Source: a virus. Taken from it: a stretch of 49,980 nt of DNA. The notes below the pieces were generated by a model. It worked only from the letters and a program-made list of their open reading frames with translations, ran no database searches and had not been told where the DNA came from. A program made the translations under genes and the position numbers. Of the stretch, positions 32,203 through 39,504 are shown one piece after another (within the stretch, counting starts at the first letter, position 1; each line of letters begins with the position of its first letter). The stretch covers positions 1-49,980 of the IMG/VR virus record IMGVR_UViG_3300015195_000003. One strand, 5' to 3'.

Positions 32203-33003
32203 TTAGTCGTTTTTGTCGGAATATTCGACGTCGCAACGACATCCTCCATGTGCTAGTGGACCCATTAATCCGTTTCGAAAAGGTTCGTCGATTTTGACTG
32301 TTTGCCCGTTGGTGTTTCCGCAAATGTAATCTTTTGCTTGAGCGCCTAGCCACGTTTTGTACAGCAAGTCTTCAGCAAACGCCACGCCCTTTTTACCCTC
32401 CATGTAGCTTGTCAATGTTTCGTATTGCGCGATGAAATTACCTCGAAATCCGTTAATCATGACTCTCTGGATTCGTTGATCAAGTTCCGTTCTCGTTTCC
32501 CCTAAGTCGACCGCTGTTTTGATTTGTTTTTGTAAACGTTTTTTTGTCGTGTCGTTGATTTCTTTCGAAATATCAACCGCTCTTTTGGTGATCTGTTTTT
32601 GCAAATCTTCCGACGTAACGTTGACTAATCTGCCTAGACTATAAGCTATTGCCAATATTCCGAGATTTGTACCTATAGTATTGTGTTGTTCAATGATCGG
32701 TGCAAGGGTTTGATCCTCTATCCCCCACTGATCTTCATACAAATAATTGTCTGACTCGTCCATTTTCACCACATATTGATTGATCAAGCTGTAGCGATTG
32801 TCGTATTGTGAGCGGAAGTATTTCATCAAATCACGCTTGTAAAGAATGAGTGCGGTAATGAGCTTTTTAAACTGCTCAGGATTCTTTCGATATGAGTTTT
32901 CCCAGTTCTCACCCGATAGCGATTGTTTGAAAATAAAGGATTCGAGAGCGTCGTCAACGCCTCGCAGTTGTTGGAGATTTAGTTCTTTAACATTGATTTG
33001 CAT
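32203..33003 (-). CDS. Head morphogenesis protein (Mu gpF / SPP1 gp7 family)
   Basis: The C-terminal ...PLAHGGCRCDVEY matches the family's conserved CRC ending, and the gene directly follows the portal. Confidence 0.75.
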   Translation of the reverse strand: MQINVKELNLQQLRGVDDALESFIFKQSLSGENWENSYRKNPEQFKKLITALILYKRDLMKYFRSQYDNRYSLINQYVVKMDESDNYLYEDQWGIEDQTLAPIIEQHNTIGTNLGILAIAYSLGRLVNVTSEDLQKQITKRAVDISKEINDTTKKRLQKQIKTAVDLGETRTELDQRIQRVMINGFRGNFIAQYETLTSYMEGKKGVAFAEDLLYKTWLGAQAKDYICGNTNGQTVKIDEPFRNGLMGPLAHGGCRCDVEYSDKND

Positions 33004-33006
33004 GGT

Positions 33007-34602
33007 TTATTCATTTGCTCTTGTGGAAATTTCACTCTCGATTTGACTCTTCAATGACAAGATATCCTCAGCAAACGAAAACGCTTCGGTGTTAACCATG
33101 CGCTGTGGTCTCGCTTTGTCGGTTGGTTTGTCTCCTGGCATTCCTGGTGGCGGTGGTGGGAAGCCAATCTTTCGACGTTGAATATCCTTTTCGTCTTGAT
33201 CCGCAAGCTCCATCGGCGCTGGAAGATCCATTGTTTGTCTGACGTATTTATCAAGCTCCTCGTCTGGGACAATGACGCCTGTTGAAACTAACCATTGCAT
33301 TGCTTGTGCCAATTGAGCAAAGTCGACTTGACCAATACCACCCACCTCAAGCGTTGGGTATTCTGATTCTTGTGTGCCAGTGAAATTCAAATCAATTAAC
33401 TCTCGAATAGCCAGGTTAAGTTGCTCTTGAATAAGCTTGGCCATGTATTTCAGACTGACTAAAAACAACTCTGATTGATCGTCTGATAAATTCTTTGTCC
33501 CAGCACTTGAAGCTCCCATATCCAAAAAGTGCGCTAAGAACGCTTTGAGTATTTGGCGGTCGTGGTGAAGCACCATATCTTTGACGTTTTTCAGCTCCTT
33601 TGCTTTGGTGTCGATGTATTCAACTGAAAAGCCAATAGGTAAATCAATGTAGGACTGCTCATTAACACGCATGTTTTTGGCAATAACTTTCGCTCGGGCT
33701 TTGTCTTTTGGATTAGCTTGTGGCGGAACCTTGATAATTGGCACTCCCATTCCTTGACGTTCTGACGCTATGGCGTCAATCTTGTATAACGTGTCTTTAT
33801 AAAACCACGGCTTGTAGGCGGCTCTTAACAGCGAAATGCCCTCATAATTGGCTCCTTCCATTTCATTGACAAACATCATTAATTTCCACTGAGGAATTTG
33901 TACATTGCCCCCGGTCGGTAGGACTTGGGTAATACCAGGCGTAACACCATCTTCAAGCGTATATCTCCAAACCGTTTGCGGTAAACGAGGTGCAAACTTC
34001 TTCCACCCGATTTTGCCATCGACTCTTTGCCTCCAGACTTTCTCGAAAATCGAATTCCCATAATCACAGAATAACAGAATCTGGTTGAGCGTTTGCGTCC
34101 ATGAAAAGTTCGGGTTATTAAATAACTCCTCTTGAATGAATGTTTTCTTTTCAGGATTGTCCATCTTCTCTTCACTCTTTCCAGGCTTCACGTACCACGA
34201 CGCGGCGAGTAATGGTTTCTTAACGGCTTGCAAACCCAAACGGACGGTGGCATCTCCCTTTCGCATTTGATCGTAAATTCGAACACGCTCTCGACCGGCT
34301 AAATCAGGGTTGTAATCAGCCTCGGATAAAATACCGCCAATGATAATTGTTCCCGATCCTCCAAGTTCGAGTTCAAGAACTGAGGTTGGTTCAGAATCTC
34401 CAGCATCGTTTGCGTCACCACTTGCGATTTGTCGAGGGACACCAGCATTGAGAGGATCAGCGGCAAATGGTGCTTTGGGATCGTCACTCACCTGAGACTG
34501 CATTGGATCAGAAACGTCGGGCTTAACCTCGGTTGTGGGCGTTGGCCATGTCCCTGGAGCATTTGCATTATTTGAGGTTTGTTTAGGTGCTGTTTTATCC
34601 AT
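33007..34602 (-). CDS. Portal protein (Mu gp29/DUF935-like)
   Basis: 531 aa. RIYDQMRKGDATVRLGLQAVKKPLLAASWYVKPG fits the DUF935 pattern. Located between TerL and the MuF-like gene. Confidence 0.8.
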   Translation of the reverse strand: MDKTAPKQTSNNANAPGTWPTPTTEVKPDVSDPMQSQVSDDPKAPFAADPLNAGVPRQIASGDANDAGDSEPTSVLELELGGSGTIIIGGILSEADYNPDLAGRERVRIYDQMRKGDATVRLGLQAVKKPLLAASWYVKPGKSEEKMDNPEKKTFIQEELFNNPNFSWTQTLNQILLFCDYGNSIFEKVWRQRVDGKIGWKKFAPRLPQTVWRYTLEDGVTPGITQVLPTGGNVQIPQWKLMMFVNEMEGANYEGISLLRAAYKPWFYKDTLYKIDAIASERQGMGVPIIKVPPQANPKDKARAKVIAKNMRVNEQSYIDLPIGFSVEYIDTKAKELKNVKDMVLHHDRQILKAFLAHFLDMGASSAGTKNLSDDQSELFLVSLKYMAKLIQEQLNLAIRELIDLNFTGTQESEYPTLEVGGIGQVDFAQLAQAMQWLVSTGVIVPDEELDKYVRQTMDLPAPMELADQDEKDIQRRKIGFPPPPPGMPGDKPTDKARPQRMVNTEAFSFAEDILSLKSQIESEISTRANE

Positions 34603-34614
34603 AGGTCTGTTTAA

Positions 34615-34643
34615 ATACTAAAGCAAATACTTGACTTTGGCAA
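34615..34643 (-). promoter_or_regulatory. Portal promoter TTGCCA-N17-TAGTAT
   Basis: Read from the reverse complement. The ATG (34602) lies 12 nt after the -10. Its spacer overlaps the -35 of the divergent tRNA promoter. Confidence 0.45.
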
Positions 34644-34661
34644 TTAGTACGGTGGTATACT
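34631..34661 (+). promoter_or_regulatory. Plus-strand promoter TTGACT-N19-(TGg)TATACT
   Basis: Read directly. The extended -10 TGgTATACT lies at 34653-34661, about 100 nt upstream of the tRNA-like gene. Confidence 0.45.
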
Positions 34662-34762
34662 AAACATACCCTGTTGGTCTCGGTTACTCTTCAGAGATCT
34701 TTACAACGCCGGACAAGTAAGAGTTGGAAAGCTAAGTTCAGGGTGCCCGCAAGGGCTACATT

Positions 34763-34845
34763 GGAGAGGCAATCCGATCGGCGACGGAACTCGTTTTGAA
34801 AACGGTCGAGCGAAAGCCTTAGAGGTTCGACTCCTCTCCTCTCCG
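34763..34845 (+). tRNA. Class II tRNA-like gene, best read as tRNA-Ser(UGA); no encoded CCA
   Basis: Perfect 7-bp acceptor stem (GGAGAGG/CCTCTCC). Perfect T arm AGAGG-TTCGACT-CCTCT. 3-bp D stem TCC/GGA. Anticodon loop TTTGAAA (TGA at 34797-34799) on a 4-bp stem with one mismatch. 14-nt variable arm with a GAAA loop. Discriminator G. Confidence 0.55.
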
Positions 34846-35015
34846 CAATTCTCGGGGTATTACCAAATGGTCAATTGTTAAAGTAGGTGTTTGCGCCGTG
34901 ACGCCCTTCTTAAGAGCTTTTTTCTAGACTAGCTTGCTCGCAAGGGGTCGTGGGTTTTTTCTCGGCACAAGCAAAGAAACAACTTTGAGCAAGATATCGC
35001 GAGTTTTTTTACTGA

Positions 35016-36764
35016 TTAGAAGACTCTATCCGTTAATCCAGCCGTATACGCATCATTTACTACCATCTCCTCGCCTCCTACAGTCGATATAACATCAGGT
35101 GTTGGTGCATCCTGACTAAATGCTTGATATGCAAGATTTGGCCAATTGTAGACCGTTCCGTAATGACAATAATCAGGTGCGTGATCGCTCTCTTTTACCG
35201 GATCATCTGACCATGTACCGTCGGGCTTTCGCTTCTTTGAATAACCAAGAAAATCGTTTCGACTGTTGGGTGTTTTCTCCATGACGAACTTACCTCGTCT
35301 TTCATCAATGAAGTTTCGAACATGTGGGATGCCGTTCTCCTTTAGATACAGTTTAGAAACGTCTTTCATCTCACAATTGACGGTTTGACAGCTAATCCCG
35401 TGAAGCATTTCGTGAGTGATCTTTGCAGGCTCGGGAATAGGACAACCGTATTTTCTTCTGTCTGCAATTTCAGTCAACCCGTGATAGTCAGGCACCCAAA
35501 CACTAATATGTGTAAAGAATTCAGCGTAATTAACTTCATAACCACCTTCGGGAATCCATGAAAGCAATTGTTCCCGCGTCACCTCTTTAAGATGCGGGTC
35601 AACTAAATCCATTGCTTGAAGCTTCTGGATGATTTGAATAATGATTGCCTGTGTTGTCGACTCGGTGATATAACACTCGTTAAAAACAGTCCACTCCATT
35701 TTCTCGATACGAACGTCGACAAATCCAATAGCGTCAGGGTGTGTTTTCGCGTATCCGAAATCCTCCCATATTTGAATTGAGCGGTCTTTTGGTATCACAA
35801 ATCCTGGGTGATTGTTTTCAATCTCGTCAAAATGTGGGTAAATAAGACCGCTGGAATCAGGCTTTTGGCACATCCATTGAGCCAAGAACGTTTCACGGTC
35901 AAGCGTTTTCACACGCGTTATTAAATCGGACCACTTGAAATAGCCTGAGAACTTGGTGAGGTCAGGCGGTAACAAATCACGACCACCGAACTTTGCGTCA
36001 AAGACATCATAGATTTGCTGTTGCATTAAAGGATCAGTCGGCCACGGCTCCATGACTTCCCAAACACACCATGCAAAAACCTCGGCAATCTTATCGTCAA
36101 TTAACCGCTGCATTGGCCCATGGGCGTACTTTCTTGTCGATCCCAAAATCGTTGTTGCACGAATTTTATCAGTCGAATTAGGCATTGATAAAGCCTCCTG
36201 CAAGATTGGCCAAGCAATCAATTCCACCTCGTCAGCTTTTAGCTTTTGTGGATGCGGTGAGTTAACCCCAGCAATGGTAGCAATTAGCACTTGAAGCCAT
36301 GATTTGTTAAGAAATGTCGTTCGACCCAGTGTTACTTTTCCTTTAACGGATGCGGCTAGTTCGTCGTCGTCTTCAAGAAAGCGGCGGATGTATCCAAAAC
36401 ATCTCAATGCTTGTTTTTCAATTGCTCCGAAGTTTGCTCCTTCACAATCATCATCTGCCAATGCGTCAAGAATGGCGAGTATGGCAAAGTCAATTGTTTT
36501 TCCTCCGTTACGATTAGCGAGCGCCAAAATAACGTCAAACTTTTCAAAGAAAGCGGCGGCGAGAAACTCAAAGGGTGCGACGTGATTACTGCAGATCTGA
36601 GTCGTCGGGATCGAAGTGTGAAATCTCTTCTCGATGTATCGATGGAGTGCCTTCTTCTTCTGCGGATACGTCCACCGTGGGTGTTTCTTCAAGAGCTTCA
36701 AGAAGTTCTGTCGGGTCGGCCGCTTCAATGTCGGGTTGTTGTCCAATGTTGGAAATTTGCTCAT
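35016..36764 (-). CDS. terL: Terminase large subunit
   Basis: 582 aa. An N-terminal ATPase-like region (LALANRNGGKTIDFAILAIL...) is followed by a nuclease-sized C-terminal half. Located immediately upstream of the portal region. Confidence 0.85.
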   Translation of the reverse strand: MSKFPTLDNNPTLKRPTRQNFLKLLKKHPRWTYPQKKKALHRYIEKRFHTSIPTTQICSNHVAPFEFLAAAFFEKFDVILALANRNGGKTIDFAILAILDALADDDCEGANFGAIEKQALRCFGYIRRFLEDDDELAASVKGKVTLGRTTFLNKSWLQVLIATIAGVNSPHPQKLKADEVELIAWPILQEALSMPNSTDKIRATTILGSTRKYAHGPMQRLIDDKIAEVFAWCVWEVMEPWPTDPLMQQQIYDVFDAKFGGRDLLPPDLTKFSGYFKWSDLITRVKTLDRETFLAQWMCQKPDSSGLIYPHFDEIENNHPGFVIPKDRSIQIWEDFGYAKTHPDAIGFVDVRIEKMEWTVFNECYITESTTQAIIIQIIQKLQAMDLVDPHLKEVTREQLLSWIPEGGYEVNYAEFFTHISVWVPDYHGLTEIADRRKYGCPIPEPAKITHEMLHGISCQTVNCEMKDVSKLYLKENGIPHVRNFIDERRGKFVMEKTPNSRNDFLGYSKKRKPDGTWSDDPVKESDHAPDYCHYGTVYNWPNLAYQAFSQDAPTPDVISTVGGEEMVVNDAYTAGLTDRVF

Positions 36765-37164
36765 TATTCAGTACAAAAAAATTATTGGTTTGCTTTTTAC
36801 TATTATCAACTATAGGAGCCTTTTGTCCATATTGTTCTGGCATTCCTCTTTCAAAGACTTTCCAAGCCAAGGGCCCAGCATCTCGATCTGCTCCATTTCT
36901 TATTATAGAGTTTATTCGATCGCCTGCCAATTCAAGCAAGTTATTTTGGGCTCTTTCCATTGCGTCCAGAAATAGAGCGTCAATTTTACACCGATCATAG
37001 AAGGCAGTTTTCGAAACTCCAGCGTAAATGCAGGCTTTACGGACACTTAATCCGTTCTGTAAACCACTCAGAAGTAAGCGGACATGTGCCTCATCAATCT
37101 TTGTAGGTCGACCCAGTGTTTTTCCCTGACTGACGGTCGGTGGATTTGGGTTTTGATTATCCAT
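36586..37164 (-). CDS. Terminase small subunit candidate (HTH, acidic C-terminal tail)
   Basis: GRPTKIDEAHVRLLLSGLQNGLSVRKACIYAGVSKTAFYDRC is a typical small-terminase HTH opening. The 3' 179 nt overlap the TerL ORF out of frame. Confidence 0.6.
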   Translation of the reverse strand: MDNQNPNPPTVSQGKTLGRPTKIDEAHVRLLLSGLQNGLSVRKACIYAGVSKTAFYDRCKIDALFLDAMERAQNNLLELAGDRINSIIRNGADRDAGPLAWKVFERGMPEQYGQKAPIVDNSKKQTNNFFVLNNEQISNIGQQPDIEAADPTELLEALEETPTVDVSAEEEGTPSIHREEISHFDPDDSDLQ

Positions 37165-37176
37165 AAATCAAGTATA

Positions 37177-37458
37177 CTAAATCGGTTGCGAAGGAATATG
37201 TTGACAGTCTTCGTCAAGAATGGTTGGTTCTCCAAACTCACTATCGGCTGAGAGGTGTTCTGTTTTATGAATACGATTTTCAACGCCTAAAACATCTGAG
37301 TCTTTAATAAGCTGACAGTTTTTACAAGCATCTCCTGTAACCGGATCAGTTGCTGGGGCTTCATGAGTCCAATGGGTTCTTGTGCAATCGAGACATTGAA
37401 CGCCGACATTATGCGCCTTGTCTGACCAGCATCGAAATCGAGGATATTTATTTTGCAT
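37177..37458 (-). CDS. Cysteine-rich small protein
   Basis: The track start (37509) is a GTG. The ATG at 37458 gives MQNKYPRFRCWSDKAHNVGVQCLDCTRTHW...CKNC. Confidence 0.5.
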   Translation of the reverse strand: MQNKYPRFRCWSDKAHNVGVQCLDCTRTHWTHEAPATDPVTGDACKNCQLIKDSDVLGVENRIHKTEHLSADSEFGEPTILDEDCQHIPSQPI

Positions 37459-37615
37459 CTTTTTTATTGTCCCTATTTCCCCACCTTTTTGCAAGTCCGT
37501 TTTTTGCACGTCGTCGCATCTCTTCTCTGAATTTTTCCTCGCCTAACTCTGCGCGAAGTTTCGCCATTGAAGACTGTCCCATCTCTTTCATTGCTTGTCT
37601 GATTACGTCACTCAT
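37448..37615 (-). CDS. Small basic protein
   Basis: The ATG at 37615 (MSDVIRQAMKEMG...) lies 7 nt after the -10 of promoter 37623-37651. Confidence 0.5.
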   Translation of the reverse strand: MSDVIRQAMKEMGQSSMAKLRAELGEEKFREEMRRRAKNGLAKRWGNRDNKKDAK

Positions 37616-37622
37616 AAAAAGT

Positions 37623-37651
37623 ATAGTAGCAAAGTGCTTGCTATATGGCAA
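37623..37651 (-). promoter_or_regulatory. Promoter TTGCCA-TATAGCAAGCACTTTGC-TACTAT (TATAGCA-type spacer)
   Basis: Read from the reverse complement, with a 17-nt spacer. It shares TATAGCA...TGC with the promoters at 38033 and 39146. Confidence 0.5.
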
Positions 37652-37802
37652 GTGGTATATGTTCGTCACAAAACCAGCTCGGCTCTTTGTTTTCTTTATA
37701 TTGAATTTTGGTCGTTGCTTGTTTCATGCAGTAGCGAGGATGAATCATATCAGGCAATCCGTCTTTGCCTGTTTGATAAATGATCTGGTCGCAGGTTTTC
37801 AT
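37644..37802 (-). CDS. Small hypothetical protein (52 aa, not in the track)
   Basis: Hand translation: MKTCDQIIYQTGKDGLPDMIHPRYCMKQATTKIQYKENKEPSWFCDEHIPLAI. ATGA overlap with the upstream stop. Confidence 0.4.
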
Positions 37803-38023
37803 AAGTGAGGTTTATAAATTGAACCATCATCCAAAACGATATTATTCAAATAGAATTTGCGTTTGGTTACAACGTCTTCGGCTTGTTGTTTTGACATCGG
37901 ACCCTCTTCCATGAAATATTCGACCAGTTCTTCATCTGACGAATTCTCATCATTTGACAAAATATCTTTGATCCAGTCTTGTGTTTGTGCGTCGAAATCG
38001 CTTAGTGTTTGTGTGTTATTCAT
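37799..38023 (-). CDS. Small acidic protein
   Basis: 74 aa rich in Asp/Glu (DFDAQTQDWIKDILSNDENSSDEELVEYFMEEG), with its own consensus promoter. Confidence 0.6.
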   Translation of the reverse strand: MNNTQTLSDFDAQTQDWIKDILSNDENSSDEELVEYFMEEGPMSKQQAEDVVTKRKFYLNNIVLDDGSIYKPHL

Positions 38024-38032
38024 ATTAAATAC

Positions 38033-38061
38033 ATTATAGCAGACTGTTTGCTATAAGTCAA
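38033..38061 (-). promoter_or_regulatory. Promoter TTGACT-TATAGCAAACAGTCTGC-TATAAT with a palindromic spacer
   Basis: Read from the reverse complement. The spacer plus -10 contain TATAGCA-N7-TGCTATA. The ATG (38023) lies 9 nt after the -10. Confidence 0.65.
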
Positions 38062-38098
38062 GGAGTAGAATAGTCCTATAAAAGCGTGATCTAAGCAA

Positions 38099-38293
38099 TT
38101 ATTTTGACGTCCACATTTTGATGATTTGTTCGATTCGGGGTTGAAGAATTTCGCTGATATGCGTCCATCCCGACGAGTAATAATTGTGTTTTTTATTAGC
38201 TGAAGCGTTTTGGTGAACGATGCGCGAAGTTTGCTCGTATTGACGAGCTTTTTGAGAAGGCATTTTTTGTAATTTTTTCATGTGTCTAGGCAT
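38099..38293 (-). CDS. Small basic protein
   Basis: 64-aa ORF with an ATG start. A GGAG lies 9 nt upstream, inside a GC-rich hairpin. Confidence 0.5.
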   Translation of the reverse strand: MPRHMKKLQKMPSQKARQYEQTSRIVHQNASANKKHNYYSSGWTHISEILQPRIEQIIKMWTSK

Positions 38294-38302
38294 AACTATT
38301 TA

Positions 38303-38332
38303 CTCCTCTTCCCTCCCGGGCAGGGGGAGGAG
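38303..38332 (-). promoter_or_regulatory. GC-rich intergenic hairpin that includes the Shine-Dalgarno sequence of gene 38099..38293
   Basis: CTCCTC (38303-08) pairs with GAGGAG (38327-32). The inner part is CCCT/GGGG around CCCGGG. On the minus strand the 3' arm is the GAGGAG located 9 nt before the ATG. Confidence 0.5.
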
Positions 38333-38336
38333 CTTT

Positions 38337-39110
38337 TTAGACTATAATAGCCTCGGCCGCTTTCCATGCGGTTTGTCCCTGACGGATGATTTGTTTGGCA
38401 TTTTCTTTCTTTTGTTTATGCGTTATTGCATAGGTCAAAGCGTTGTAATAGCCCCAAACACTTTTATCCTTTTCAGTTTCGTAGGATGTTTTAGCCTCGT
38501 CGAGTAAATAAGCAGGTAAGGCTAAATTTTCTTTATCAAAGTGACTATCAGCATTAATGACAGGCGTTTTCGCCATCGCTTGAATCTTCGGAAGTTGCTT
38601 TCCAAAAATATCAATGTGATGTTTATACGCTTTTGAGCATTGCTCAATCATTGACGCATCAGCAAGTCCTTTGACGTTCCCCATGTGTCTGTATTGAAAT
38701 TGTAGAAATTCTGATCCGATAACCATACCGTTCAAACAAACGAGTCGGTAGGCTCCGAATATGATTTGGAGTGCGCCGTGTCCGTTGTATGAATTCTTAA
38801 CAGTTATCATCATTTGAATAATATCGCCCTTGGCGATCTCCATTTCCACTTTAGGAAAAAGCATTTGGTAATAAAGATGTGCGCCGTCGTTGAGAAGCGT
38901 AATGCTCTCTTTGACATTGTACTTTTTACCTGCTTCTCGAAAAGCGTCAATGACAGCCTCGTGTTTGATGAGTCCGTAGCCATCAGAAACAACTCCAAGT
39001 GGAGTGTTTGTGTCAGTCCGAACAACAGCTCGGCGGCCTGGGATTTCGATATTCTTACCGAAGTAAATCGGTTGTAGTTCTACTGGAAAATTGTAATTTG
39101 TGTCTTGCAT
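38337..39110 (-). CDS. DUF932-family protein (phage/plasmid-associated)
   Basis: ...TPLGVVSDGYGLIKHEAVIDAF...VKNSYNGHGALQIIFGAYRLVCLNGMV fits the DUF932 pattern. Strong SD (GAGGAGGTGA). Confidence 0.7.
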   Translation of the reverse strand: MQDTNYNFPVELQPIYFGKNIEIPGRRAVVRTDTNTPLGVVSDGYGLIKHEAVIDAFREAGKKYNVKESITLLNDGAHLYYQMLFPKVEMEIAKGDIIQMMITVKNSYNGHGALQIIFGAYRLVCLNGMVIGSEFLQFQYRHMGNVKGLADASMIEQCSKAYKHHIDIFGKQLPKIQAMAKTPVINADSHFDKENLALPAYLLDEAKTSYETEKDKSVWGYYNALTYAITHKQKKENAKQIIRQGQTAWKAAEAIIV

Positions 39111-39145
39111 GTGTATTCACCTCCTCTCGTATTGAGATTAATTAG

Positions 39146-39174
39146 ATTATAGCAAACAGTCTGCTATAAGTCAA
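39146..39174 (-). promoter_or_regulatory. Promoter TTGACT-TATAGCAGACTGTTTGC-TATAAT (the same element with its core inverted)
   Basis: Identical to the promoter at 38033-38061, except that the central 7-mer is GACTGTT instead of its reverse complement AACAGTC. Confidence 0.65.
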
Positions 39175-39201
39175 GGAGCAAACCGGTGAATTGATCAGGG
39201 G

Positions 39202-39504
39202 TCAGGAATTGATTTTAAAGCGGATATAATAGATCGCGTCAAGCACTTGATCTGGGTACAATTCCAATAAGGTCTCAAGCAGTTCCTTTTTGCTTTTGAA
39301 TCCGTCGGTTTGTGCCATTTCGCTTGTGATCTTCTCAACGGGTAAATGTTCCACGCTTAAAACCTTGGCGCGGATTTTATCTCGTCCACTTAAAAAGACG
39401 ACATCATCGCCTGCCTTGACCGAACTAAAGGCACGAATCGTCGAGGTCTTTTCGCCTGCACGAATCATTTGCATGTATTGTTTTTTAAAAAAGAGTGTTG
39501 GCAT
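39202..39504 (-). CDS. ASCH-domain (PUA-like) protein
   Basis: 100 aa. The opening FKKQYMQMIRAGEKTSTIR is typical of ASCH. The start codon directly abuts the ATPase-GNAT stop. Confidence 0.65.
   Translation of the reverse strand: MPTLFFKKQYMQMIRAGEKTSTIRAFSSVKAGDDVVFLSGRDKIRAKVLSVEHLPVEKITSEMAQTDGFKSKKELLETLLELYPDQVLDAIYYIRFKINS

Noticed and set aside
32150-32353. Track ORF 32150..32353 (67 aa, Arg/Ser-rich)
   Set aside because: It runs from the 3' end of the MuF-like gene in another frame into an A/T-rich spacer. Its composition is typical of an out-of-frame artefact.
34668-34845. A tmRNA or two-piece tmRNA reading of the tRNA-like region
   Set aside because: The acceptor 5' strand lies only 51 nt before the T arm, giving an ordinary 83-nt cloverleaf length. 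No resume codon or tag ORF and no pseudoknot series are apparent. A class II tRNA is the simpler reading.
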